The notes beneath the pieces were generated by a model. That model did no database searches and was not told the origin of the DNA. It was given only the letters and a program-made list of their open reading frames with translations. A stretch of DNA of 64,000 nt, from contig JAPDFW010000065.1 in the NCBI GenBank assembly GCA_028826165.1, positions 62,001-126,000 on the forward strand, given 5' to 3'. The DNA is from Anaeramoeba ignava BMAN (taxonomy: Eukaryota > Protista > Anaeramoebae). Below are positions 36,786 to 48,628 of the stretch, in pieces (position 1 is the stretch's first letter; the number at the start of each line of letters is the position of its first letter). Both the position numbers and the translations under genes were made by a program.

Positions 36786-39534
36786 TCATTTCTTATCATT
36801 TGGATTTGTAGAACCATGAAAAACAGGAATTTCTTCAATAAAAGGGATCATTTTCATCCAAAGTTCTTTTGCTTTTTTTGAGAAGTTAATTTGAATATTA
36901 ATAAAATCTTGCATATATTGTTTCATATTTCTTGCGCGTATATAATGGAAATATTCCAATTCAACAAGAGTAATATGAGTAATTCGATCGATTTTATCTT
37001 TCATCAAAATCACTTTGTCTTTTAATTGATAATTTGCTTTATCATTTTCATTAGTTAAAGTTTGAGAAGACATTTTTACTTGTTTTGCATGAATGGAATG
37101 ATAAGCAGCACCGATATTATCTTTGACATGGAGTGTCTCTTGAATTGAGTGAATGATTTGATTGTATTCTTTATAATTATCGACAATCCTTTTCATTTCT
37201 TGTTGACTTTTTTCGATCCACATTTTGGAGAGTTGAGTAAAAGTTACTCCAATTTCTTTTAAAGCATCTTCAAGTTTTTGAGAAGGATAGCAATTCAGTC
37301 TCCATCCGAGACCAAGTTTATCATTGCTAGATAGTAATTTGTAAGCATTTCCCAATTTTTCCAAACTTGATGAAATTTCCAAAAATTTTGATTCACATAA
37401 TTCCATTGAAGTTTGTTCAAGAACTCTTAAGCTTTTATCCAGTGCAGCAATTTGCTTTTTGAATTCACTAATCTCATCCTCGTCTTTTTGCTCCAAAGGT
37501 TGAAGATCACATGATACTGTTTTGTAAAATTCAGGTGAAATTTTGTTTTCTTTTTCTGCTCTTCTTTTTCCAAGTTTCCATGCTTTATATTCTGCTGCTG
37601 TAAGGAAGTGATGAAATATTCTTGATCTTCGGAGAATTGGATGTTGTGCTATTCGATTTAGGAATCTTTCTAAAAATACTCTTCGATGTTCAATGAAGTT
37701 TTCTTCAAATCTTCCTGTTACTTGTTTTTCTGGCATTGGTGGAATAAATATATTTGGGAATTTTTCTACTAATCTTTCTCTTAGCCATAAAAAGTGTTTG
37801 AATCTTCTTTTAACAGAGAATTCCTTTAATGATATTTCAAATATTTTTTAAATATTTTATATTTGATTTTAGATATTTGATTTTAAATATTTATTATTTT
37901 AAATATTTGATTTTATATATTTGTGATTTTATATATTTGATTTTAAATATTTATGATTTTAAATATTTTTTGATTTTAAATATTTGATTTTAAATATTTG
38001 ATTTTAAATATTTGATTTTAAATATTTGATTTTAAATATTTGATTTTAAATATTTGATTTTAAATATTTGATTTTAAATATTTATTAATTTTAAATATTT
38101 ATTAAATATTTTTGATTTTAAATATTTATTTAAATATTTTTGATTTTTAAATATTTGATTTTAAATATTTTGATTTTAAATATTTTTGATTTTAAATATT
38201 TGATTTTAAATATTTTTATTTTAAAAATATTTTTTATTTTAAATATTTGATTTTTAAATATTTGATTTTTTAAATATTTATTTTAAAATATTTGATTTTA
38301 AAATATATTTGATTTTAAATATATATGATTTTTTAAATATTTATTTTAAAATATTTGATTTTAAAATATATTTGATTTTAAATATATATGATTTTTAAAT
38401 ATTTTATGATTTTAAAATATTTTTTTTGATTTTAAAATGTTTTTGATTTTTAAATATTTGATTTTAAATAGATTTTTATTTTTAAATATTTGATTTTAAA
38501 TATTTGATTTTTAAATATTTTATTTTCCATATCGAATTTCATATATTTTAAAAATTTTTAAATTTAAATATTTTAAATTTTGCTTCTTTTGTTGGTTACT
38601 TGAAACAAAAACTTCAAATTCTGGAATTTTTTCAAGATATAAATGATCATTCTAAAATATGGAAAATAATAAAAAATGTAAAAGAAAATATAAACTGTGT
38701 TTTTTTTCTATTGAATAAAATCATACAGTAAATATTTTAACAGGCCCTCCATTTAAATTTGCATATTTTAAAAACAGTTTGGAATCTTTTCTTTTTGATT
38801 GTTCTTTTGATTTTTATTTTACGCTCTTGTTGAGCCTTTTTTTTATCCATTTTTGCTTTTTGTTTTTCAAGTTTTTTTTGTTGAAGTAATTCTTTTTTGG
38901 ATTTTGGTTCTTGTTTAATTTCTTTTTTAACTTCTTGTTTAATTTCTTGTTTAATTTCTTGTTTAATTTCTTGTTTAATTTCTTGTTTAATTTCTTGATT
39001 AGTTTCTTTTTTAATTTCTTTTTTGATTTCTTTTTAGTTTCTTGATTATTTTGTTGTTTTTGAGGTTGAATAATTTTTGGTTCTTGTTTTATTTCTTGTT
39101 TTTGAGGTTGAATAATTTTTATCTCTTGTTTTATTTCTTTTTTTTGATTTTGATTTTTATTTTGATTTTGATTAATTTTTGGTGATTGTTTAATTTCTTT
39201 TTTATTTTTTTTTTTTATTAATTTTTGGTGATTGTTTTTTTCTTTTTATTTCTTTTTTATTTTGATTTTGATTTTGATTAATTTTTGGTGATTGAATTTC
39301 TGAATCACCTGTTTCATATTCTTCAGTAAAACTTTCACTTTCATTTTCATCATCATCATCAATATATTCAACATAATTTCCTGGAAATAAACCAGTTACT
39401 CCATTTACTTCTCCATACCACCATCCTGATTCATGTTCAGCAACAACATGAACAATATCTCCTTCTTGAATTGCAAGCTCTCCTACTTCTTGTGGTCTAT
39501 AACCAAATAAAGCAACTGACATTCTTTTCTGCAT
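36786..39534 (-). CDS. SH3-PX-BAR sorting nexin (SNX9/18/33-like); middle of the model uncertain
   Basis: SH3 (ALFGY...GEL.IQEGD...GWWYGEVNGVTGLFPGNYVE), PX (SVKRRFKHFLWLRERLVEKFPNIFIPPMPEKQVTGRFEENFIEHRR, WKLGKRRAEK) and BAR helices ending ELEYFH. There are apparent frameshifts in the low-complexity linker and one unresolved donor near 38520. Confidence 0.8.
37845..38520. repeat. (AAATATTTGATTTT)n repeat in the SNX intron
   Basis: Directly visible ~14-mer repeat. Confidence 0.88.
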
Positions 39535-39682
39535 TTTTAATAAATGAAAAAAAAATAAAAATAAAAAAATGAAAAAAAAAATTTCAAAATAAAAAATTTT
39601 TTTGTTTTTTAATTTTAATTTTTGATTTTTTTTTAAAAAGGAATGAAAAAAAAAGGAATTCAAAATGAATTATTTTTTCTTT

Positions 39683-41846
39683 TTAATTATCATCAGATTG
39701 ATCCAATTTTTCCGATTTTTCAGATTGATCCAATTTTTCCGATTTTTCAGATTGATCCAATTTTTCTGATTTTTCAGATTGATTCAATTCCTTTTGATTC
39801 ACCTTATTAACTTGATCCATCTCAATATCATCTCCTCTTAAATTATCATCACTACTCGTAATTTGTTGATTTTGTTTTTCATTTTTATCAATTTCATCCT
39901 CATCATCTCCTAATTGTTGTCTTGCAGCACCACGAATCATATCTATTGATTCTGTTGTTGGGAAAAATCCAATCGCCAAAGTATAGATATAAAAATTAAA
40001 CAATCCATAAGTAGCTAAAAATACTAATGGATTTGATTTCTCTGAATGAAGTGTTCCAACACCAACAAAAATTGCAAACAGAATAATATCAATAATAGTA
40101 ATATTAAAGAAAAAATAAAAAACTGGTTTCCAATTTGTGAACTGGTGAATTTCTCTGAATGCTCTATATATTGAATAAATTAACCATAATAAATAGACCA
40201 CAAAAAGAATAATTGAAATGATTGCAAGTGGTTTATATCCTTTAAGATCATCTGCTTCTTCATACTCAGGATCATTTTTTAAATGTAATCTTTGAATTAA
40301 AATTAATGCGAAATTGAAAACAAATTGAACAAATAAAATGGATATTTTTGGAAGTAAAAATTTTGTAAATGTTCTTTCTTCTGGTCTCTATATATTATTT
40401 TGAAATATTTTTGAATATTTATTTTGAATTGATTTTATTTTTAATTGATATTATTTTGAAGAATATATTATTTTTTGGAATAATTTTATTTTGGAATATT
40501 TTTGAATATTTTTGGAATAATTTGGAATATTTTTGGAATAATTTGGAATATTTTGGAATATTTTAAATTTTATTTTGAAATATTTTTATTTTGAAATATT
40601 TTTATTTTTAAATATTTTATTTTGAAATATTTTTATTTTGGAATATTTTTATTTTGAATTGATTTTATTTTGGAATATTTTTATTTACAAATCTAAAAGA
40701 ATCAAACATAACCAACCAAAATAAAAGCATTAGAAAAACAAAAACAAGAATAAACAGAACATCAAGAAATTCAGGAAACCAACCTCGACCAATTATTGTA
40801 ATAGGAAAAAATGGATCTAAAAAAAAAATCAAATTTTAAAAATAAATTTAATCTCAAAAATTAAATTATTTACTATTAAAAAAAACAAGTGCAAATAAAA
40901 GAACTGTCACCCATTTTTGTTCAAAAGTAAAAACTTTCCAAGAAATTTTTGATGTTTTATATGTCCAGAAAAGAAGAACAAAAATGGAGAAAATTACATA
41001 AACAAACCCAAAAATCATTCTAAACATTACAAAATGTGTATTATAAAATTCAAACTAAAAAAAAAGCAAAAAAAAAAGTTAATATAAAGAAAAATAGGAA
41101 AAAGGAAAAATATTTACTTTAAAAGTGACACCAGAAAATAATTCTGTTTCTAATGTATCTGGTTCAATTTGGATAAAAAATTGATAAATTGAATATTCAA
41201 TAAAAGTTTCATGAATAAAGTAAATTGAATCACATTTGGAATGACTCTAAAAGATTGTTTTAAATTTTAAATTTAAATTTAAATTTTGAATTTTGAATTT
41301 TAAAAGAAATTTTGATTTTAAAAGAAATGATGCTTGATTATATTATTTACATCACATTTAATTGTTCTTGTATGAACATCATTTAATACAATTTCTTTTT
41401 TATCTCCATTTTCAGAACTTTTTCCATAAAGATCAAGTATAAATTTTGCAGGAGTTTCAATTTGATATTCTTTATTATTTTGAATTTCAACACTAACCAT
41501 TAAATCAAGATTCATTCTGTCTAAATTATAAATTGATTGCCAAAGACCGATATGGGACTAAATAAAAAATAAAGCAAAATTTGAAAAAAAAAATTGATTG
41601 ATTTTTTTTGTTATTGATTCTCCCCTTTTTCTTTTTAAAATTTTATTCAACAAAACAAAACAATTAAAAGATAATTTATACTGTTGGTGTAAGATTATCT
41701 TCAGCTTCTCTTGTTGTTAAAACACTTGGCCCAATAAGTCCAACAATAATTGAAGTAAAAATGTAAACAGAGAAAGCAACAACAACAAAAACTTGTTTTT
41801 TTTTTGTAAAGCTTTCTGCTCTCATTTTCATTTCAGAAGGATGCAT
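39683..41846 (-). CDS. TMEM181 / Wntless-like multi-pass membrane protein, ~6 exons
   Basis: Spliced motifs IIVGLIGPSV, HTRTIKCD..KCDSI...IEYSIY, FEQKWVTVLL..LVFFNNPFFP, LLFWLVMFDSFR, FLLPK, YLLWL, FLATYGLFNFYIYTLA. Confidence 0.8.
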
Positions 41847-41946
41847 TTTTAATTAATTAATTAAGTAATTAAAAAAAAAAGAAGAAAAAGAAAAAATGAT
41901 TTAAAAAAATTTTTTTTTATTTTTTAATTTTTCATTTTTTTTAAAA

Positions 41947-44900
41947 ATGAATTTACAACAAATTATTGAGAAAAATAATTTTGAATTAATTAACAAAATT
42001 GACTTTTTATCAGAAAAAAACTTTAATATTCAAAAGAAAATTTTGCATTTTGCAATAGAAAAAAAAGCTTCAAAAGAATTTATTCAAACATTAATTTCAA
42101 AAGGAGCAAATCCAAACCAATTTGATCGCAAAAGAAGAAATTCATTACATATTGCGATCAAAAACCAAAGAGAAAAAGAAATAATTAATTTACTCATTTC
42201 AAATGGGATTGAGATCAATTCAAAAGATACAAAAGGAAAAACCATTTTGCATTATTCAATAAAGTATTTGAAAAGTCAAGATTTGATCGACACGATTAAT
42301 TTACTCATTTCAAAAGGGATTGATATCAATTCAAAAGATAAAAGAGGGAAAACCATTTTACATTTTTCTTGTCAATATAATTCAATTGAAATTATTGATT
42401 TCCTCATTTTAAAGGGTCTTGATATTTATGAAAACACAAAAGGGCATGTATTTTTCGAACAAGATAATATCACAAATCTGCATTCTGCTTGTAAACAAAA
42501 TTCACTTGAAGTTATTAAATTTCTTATTGGAAAAGGAATTGATATTAATGCAAAAACAAATTTTAATCAAACAATTTTGCATTTTGCTTGTCAAAAAAAT
42601 TCACTTGAAGTTATTAAATTTCTTATTGAAAAAGGAATTGATATTAATGCAAAATCAAAAGAAAATGAAACATGTTTACATTTTGCTTGTAAACAAAATT
42701 CACTTGAAGTTATTAAATTTCTTATTGAAAACGGAATTGATATTAATGCAAAATCAAAACTAAATAAAACATGTTTACATTTTGCCTGTGAAAAAAATTC
42801 TCTTGAAGTTATTAAATTTCTTGTGGAAAAAGGAGTTAATATTAATACAAAAACAAATCAAAATGAAACATGTTTACATTTTGCTTGTGAAAAAAATTCT
42901 CTTGAAGTTGTTAAATTTCTTGTGGAAAAAGGAGTTAATATTAATGATAAAACAAAAATGAAACAGACATGTTTGCATTTTGCTTGTAAACAAAATTCAC
43001 TTGAAGTTATCCAATTTCTTATTGAAAATGGAGTTGATATTGACGCAAAAACAAAATTTACTGAAACTGCTTTACATTTTGCTTGTCAAAAAAATTCGGT
43101 TGAGGTTATTAAATTTCTTATGGAAAATGGACTAGATGCAAATACAGAAACAAGATGGAATCAAACATGTTTACATTTTGCATGTGAAGATAATTCTTTT
43201 GATGTTATCAAATTTCTTGTTGAAAACGGAGCTAAAATTGATCCAAAAACATGTGAAAATTACACACCTTTGCATTTTGCATGCCAACAAACTTCACTTG
43301 AAATTGTTCAAATTCTTGTTTCAAATGGAGCCGATATAAATGCAGAAACGCAAGATGGTTACACACCTTTACATTTTGCTTCTCGAGATAGCTCCCTTGA
43401 AGTTATCCAATTTCTTGTTGAAAAGGGGGTTAATATCAATTCAAAATCACTTGATAATTACACAGCTTTACATTTTGCATCGGGATACAATTTGGTTGAA
43501 ATTGTTGAATATCTAATTGAGAAAGGAATCCATATCAATGCAAGAACTCAAGAAAATAAAACAGCTTTATTTTTTGCTCTCCGAAATGATTCACCAATTC
43601 CCATTGTCAAATATTTGGTTGAAAAAGGAATTGGCATAAACGCAAAAGCAGACCAATATGAAACCCCTCTTCATTTAGCATGCAAAAATAGACTGTTTGA
43701 AGCGATCAAATTTCTTATTGAAAACGGAGCTGATATCAATGCAAAATTGTCTAATAATCAAACAGCTCTTCATGTTGCTTGTGAAAATAGAGCATCGTTT
43801 GAAATTATCCAATATTTAGTTGAAAAGGGAATTGATATTGATGCCCAAAATCAACACAATCAAACAGCTTTGCATATTGCATTTGAACACAATTTATCGT
43901 TTGAAGTCATTAAGTTTCTTGTAGAAAAAGGAGCCGATATTAATGCAAAAACAAAATGGAAACAAAGCGTTTTGCATTATGCTTGCCAGAATAAACCAAT
44001 TGAAATTCTTAAATATTTAGTGGAAAAAGGAGCTAATATTAATGCAAAAACAGATAATAATGAAACACTTTTGCATTTTGCTTGCAAATTCTATTCATCT
44101 TATGAAATTATCAAATATCTTGTTGAAAAAAAGGTTTCAATCAATGCAAAAACAACTAAAAATGAAACAGCTTTGCATCTTTCGTGTAGAAATGAATCAA
44201 CTGAAGTTTCCAAATATTTAATTGAAAAGGGAGCTGATATCAATGCAAAAACAAAAAACGAAGAAACTCCTTTGCATTTTTTTTGTCTTTTCAATTCATC
44301 TAATGAAATTATTCAATATCTAATTGAAAAAGGAGCAGATATCAATCACAAAAATTATGAAGGTCAAACAGCTTTGCATTTTGTTTGTCAAAGCAGAAGT
44401 ATAAATCTTAAGGTTATTCAATATTTAGTTGAAAAAGGAGTTGATATCAATACACAAAACAATAATAATAAAACACCTTTACATTCTGCTTGTGGAAATC
44501 AACAATTACCAATGAAGGTTGTCAAATATTTAATTGAAAAGGGAGCTGATATCAATGCAAAAACTAATAATGATGAAACAGCTTTACATTTTGTTTGCCA
44601 AAATAAATGCTCTTTTAAGATTATAAAGTATTTAGTTGAAAATGGAGTTGATATCAATGCAAAAACAAAAAAAAACGAAACAGCTTTGCATTTTGTTTGC
44701 CAAAATAAATTAACATTTGAGAAAGTTCACTATTTGGTTGAAAAAGGAATTGATATCAATGCAAAATCAAATTGGAATGAAACAGTTCTTTCATTAATAA
44801 TCCAAAAAGGAAAAAAAAAACTAATCAACTTATTATTAATGAAAGATGTCTATTTCTTCAATTTAAAAATTAGACAAATAGTAGACAAATTCTATAATTC

Positions 44901-45717
44901 ATTTACACAAATTTATTCATTTAACGAAGATATGAGCAAATTATTAAACTCAAATGAAAATTTCTCAGATTTACAAATTCAATCAATTGACTCTTCCAAT
45001 TTTGGAGCTCATAAATTAATTCTTTTATCAAGATTTAATTTTGATGAAACAATTTTCCAGAAATTTATCCATATTTGCTGCCAAAAACAAAAAGAAGATG
45101 TTCAACTTGTTTTAAATTTTCTTTATACAGGATTTTTTGATTTTGAAGAAATTAATCAGAAATTACACAAAGAAATAATTCATCATGCTCAAGATCCTTC
45201 ATTCAAATCGGTTTTTTCTATCATTAGTTCAGGAGATCCTTCACAAAACAGATTGATCTCAGAAGACTTGGCAATTAAGAGTAAAGAGCAAAAGATTGAA
45301 GAATTTTTTAAGGAAATGGGATTTGATTCAAAATGGATTGAATCAAAAAGAGGAAGAAAAGGATTATTAAAAGATTTCAATCAACTATATCATCAAAATT
45401 CATCAAAAGATTTTACAATAATTATTGAAGATGAAGAAATTAAAGTTCATAAATTGATATTAATATTAAGAAGTTATTTATTTAAAGGAATGTTTTTAAA
45501 TGTCAAAGATTCATCAAATCAAGTTCATGATTATTCAGGAAAATCATTTGAAACAATTCAACAATTAATTTATTTTCTTTATCATGATAATTTTGATGAA
45601 ACAAAAGAAATTACAAATAAATTGATTGAAGAATCTCAAGATTTAAAAGATTATTATCAATTAAATCAAAATTCAATAATAGATTTAATTTTAAAAGAAT
45701 TTCAAAAAAGAAAATAA
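41947..45717 (+). CDS. Intronless ankyrin-repeat (~26 repeats) + tandem BTB protein (1256 aa)
   Basis: Repeated T.LHFAC...SLEVIKFLIEKGIDINAK units, then FSDLQI...AHKLILLSR and KDFTII...VHKLILILRSYLFKGMFLNV BTB motifs. Confidence 0.93.
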   Translation: MNLQQIIEKNNFELINKIDFLSEKNFNIQKKILHFAIEKKASKEFIQTLISKGANPNQFDRKRRNSLHIAIKNQREKEIINLLISNGIEINSKDTKGKTILHYSIKYLKSQDLIDTINLLISKGIDINSKDKRGKTILHFSCQYNSIEIIDFLILKGLDIYENTKGHVFFEQDNITNLHSACKQNSLEVIKFLIGKGIDINAKTNFNQTILHFACQKNSLEVIKFLIEKGIDINAKSKENETCLHFACKQNSLEVIKFLIENGIDINAKSKLNKTCLHFACEKNSLEVIKFLVEKGVNINTKTNQNETCLHFACEKNSLEVVKFLVEKGVNINDKTKMKQTCLHFACKQNSLEVIQFLIENGVDIDAKTKFTETALHFACQKNSVEVIKFLMENGLDANTETRWNQTCLHFACEDNSFDVIKFLVENGAKIDPKTCENYTPLHFACQQTSLEIVQILVSNGADINAETQDGYTPLHFASRDSSLEVIQFLVEKGVNINSKSLDNYTALHFASGYNLVEIVEYLIEKGIHINARTQENKTALFFALRNDSPIPIVKYLVEKGIGINAKADQYETPLHLACKNRLFEAIKFLIENGADINAKLSNNQTALHVACENRASFEIIQYLVEKGIDIDAQNQHNQTALHIAFEHNLSFEVIKFLVEKGADINAKTKWKQSVLHYACQNKPIEILKYLVEKGANINAKTDNNETLLHFACKFYSSYEIIKYLVEKKVSINAKTTKNETALHLSCRNESTEVSKYLIEKGADINAKTKNEETPLHFFCLFNSSNEIIQYLIEKGADINHKNYEGQTALHFVCQSRSINLKVIQYLVEKGVDINTQNNNNKTPLHSACGNQQLPMKVVKYLIEKGADINAKTNNDETALHFVCQNKCSFKIIKYLVENGVDINAKTKKNETALHFVCQNKLTFEKVHYLVEKGIDINAKSNWNETVLSLIIQKGKKKLINLLLMKDVYFFNLKIRQIVDKFYNSFTQIYSFNEDMSKLLNSNENFSDLQIQSIDSSNFGAHKLILLSRFNFDETIFQKFIHICCQKQKEDVQLVLNFLYTGFFDFEEINQKLHKEIIHHAQDPSFKSVFSIISSGDPSQNRLISEDLAIKSKEQKIEEFFKEMGFDSKWIESKRGRKGLLKDFNQLYHQNSSKDFTIIIEDEEIKVHKLILILRSYLFKGMFLNVKDSSNQVHDYSGKSFETIQQLIYFLYHDNFDETKEITNKLIEESQDLKDYYQLNQNSIIDLILKEFQKRK

Positions 45718-45949
45718 GAGAAAAGAAAAGAAAAGAAAATAAAATAAAATAAAAAGAAAAGATTAATTAGAAAAGAAAAGAAAATTGTTATTTTTTAATG
45801 ATTTCTTTTTTTTTTCAATCAATTCCAAAAAAAAAAAAATCTTTTTTCTTTTCTCTTTTTTGTTTTTGATCCAATTTTTTTTTGTTAAAAATGGTTAAAA
45901 GTTGAAAATTAATCAAAGGAAAGAAGAAACTTGAACTTTAACTTAAACT

Positions 45950-48456
45950 TTAAAATCTTCTTTTTTTAATTTGATCATCACTTTTGCCCTTTGATTTTTC
46001 ATAAGCAAAATAAGTAGCACCAGCAATTATTGCAATTACAACACCACCAATAATATAAGATTTCAAAGAACATTTTTTTTTTGTTACATTTTTTGAATCT
46101 TTTTTCTCTTCTTGTTTTGAATCTTTTTTTGAATCTTTTTTTTCTTCTTGTTTTGTCAAATCAATTTCTGGTTTTTCATCTTTTTGAGGTTTTGGTGTTT
46201 GAGATGTTTCTGATAATTCAACTAGCATTTCATGTGGAATTTCTAAACTTGGTTCAATTTCTTTTGCTTTTTTAATCAATGATTCTGCTTTTTTAATATC
46301 TTTTGCCACTCCATTTCCATTCATATAAAGAAGACCAAGTTGAAAAATTGCTTCAGGATGATTATATTCTGATGCTTTTATCCATAATTCTGCTGCTTTT
46401 TCAAAACTTTGTTGAATTCCACTTCCTAATTTAATTTAAAATTAAAATTAAAATTAAAATTAAAATTAAAATCCAAATTAAAATAAAATCCAAATTAAAA
46501 TCCAAATTAAAATTAAAATTCATTTATAAAATTAAATTTAAAATTAAATTCATGTTTAATTACCTCCTTCAAAATAAAGTCTTCCTAAATAAAATAATGC
46601 TTCTCTATTCTTGTTTTTAATTGCTTGATTATAATATTTTTCTGCTTTTCTATAATCAATTGGACATCCATCTCCAAAAGTATAATGATTTCCTGCCTTT
46701 TATTTTATAAAAAAAGGAATATCAAAATTTTAAATTTTAAATTTAATTTTAATTTTAAATTTAATTTACCATTAATTGAGATTCACCATTTCCTAATTTT
46801 GCAGAAATTTCCCACCATTTAAGAGCTTCTCTGTGATTAGGTTCAATTTCATATTGAACAGATCCTTCAAAATAAAGTTTAGCAATTTCAAAAGTACTTT
46901 CATAATGACTTTTTTTAGCACTACTTAAAAGAAATTCAAAAGCTTTTTCAAATTCTTCTCTCTCCTCATAGTAATCAAAAAGTAAATATCTAAATCAAAT
47001 ATTTTATAAATAAATATTTTATAAATAAATATTTTATAAATAAATATAAATAAATATTTTATAAATAAATATTTAATAAATAAATATTTTATAAATAAAT
47101 ATTTAATAAATAAATATTTAATAAATAAATATTTTATAAATAAATATTTAATAAATAAATATTTTATAAATGAATATTTTATAAATGAATATTTTATAAA
47201 TAAATATTTTATAAATAAATATTTTATAAATAAATATTTTATAAATAAATATTTTTATAAATAAATATAAATAAATATTTTTTGAATATTTTATAAATAA
47301 ATATTTTTTTATAAATAAATATTTTATAAAAAATATTTTGTAAATAAATATTTTGTAAATAAATATAAATAAATATTTTATAAATAAATATTTTATAAAT
47401 AAATATTTTATAAATAAATATTTTATAAATGAATATTTTATAAATAAAATATTTTATAAATATTTATAAATAAATATTTAATAAATAAATATTTTATAAA
47501 TAAATATTTTATAAATAAATATTTAATAAAATAAATTTTATAAATAAATATTTTATAAATAAATATTTTTAAAAACAAATATTTTTATAAATAAATATTT
47601 TATAAATAAATTATTTTATAAATAAAATTTTATAAATAAATATTTTATAAATAAATATTTAATAAATAAATATTTTATAAATAAATATTTTATAAATATA
47701 AATGAATATTTTATAAATGAATATTTTATAAATAAATATTTTATAAATATAAATATTTTATATAAATAAATATTTTATAAATATTTTATAAATAAATATT
47801 TTATAAATAAATATTTTGTAAATAAATATTTTATAAATAAATAAATAAATATTCAATAAATAAATATTTTATAAATAAATATTTTATAAATATTTTATAA
47901 ATAAATATTTTATAAATAAATATTTTGTAAATAAATATTTTATAAATAAATATTTTATAAATAAATACTTGGAAATAAATATTTTATAAATAAATATTTT
48001 ATAAATATTTATAAATAAATATTTTATAAATAAATATTTTGTAAATAAATATTTTGTAAATAAATATAAATAAATATTTTATAAATAAATATAAAAAATA
48101 TTTAATAAGTAAATATTTTGTAAATAAATATAAATCAAATATTTTATAAATAAATACTCAGAATTTGAATCCATTTTTCCATTAAGATGATCAAAAATAA
48201 CTAAAGGCCAAATATCTTCATTTTGCTTTTCCAAATGAATTAAAAATTGAATATCATTCTCAATAGTATAATAAGTTCTAGAAACTTCTTCAAAAAGAGA
48301 ACCTTCAATTAAAGGATCATCATTTTTTAAAGCAACTCTTAATGAATTATTTGTAATTTCAATTTCTAAATCTTCTTGTGATGTGTTTTGTGGTAAAAAC
48401 ATTTTGACTGTTAAATGATTTCCTGATTGAGAAAACTCATAATATTGTAACGCCAT
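45950..48456 (-). CDS. CS/p23(Hsp20-like) + Sel1-like repeats + C-terminal tail anchor; candidate Tom36/ATOM69-like import receptor (4 exons)
   Basis: Exon 1 CS domain (YEFSQSGNHLTVKMFLP...LEIEITNNSLRV...IEGSLF...IHLEKQ..IWP). Sel1 repeats (ALKWWEISAKLGN, ALFYLGRLYFEG, KAAELWIKASEYNHPEAIFQLGLLYMNGNGV). TM YIIGGVVIAIIAGATYFAY followed by a basic tail ending KKRRF. First intron is 48157-46990. Confidence 0.8.
46995..48150. repeat. (ATAAATAAATATTTT)n repeat in the CS-Sel1 gene intron
   Basis: About 1.15 kb 15-mer repeat. Confidence 0.92.
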
Positions 48457-48628
48457 TTTATTAACGAATCCAAAAAATTAAAAAAAATTAAAAAATGAAA
48501 AAAAAAAATGAAGAATAAAAAAATTAAAATAAAATTAAAATAAAATTGCGAATTTTTTTGCTTTTAAATTTTTTAATTTAAAATTTTTTTTTCATTTTTT
48601 TTTTCTTAATTTTTTTATTTTTATAATT

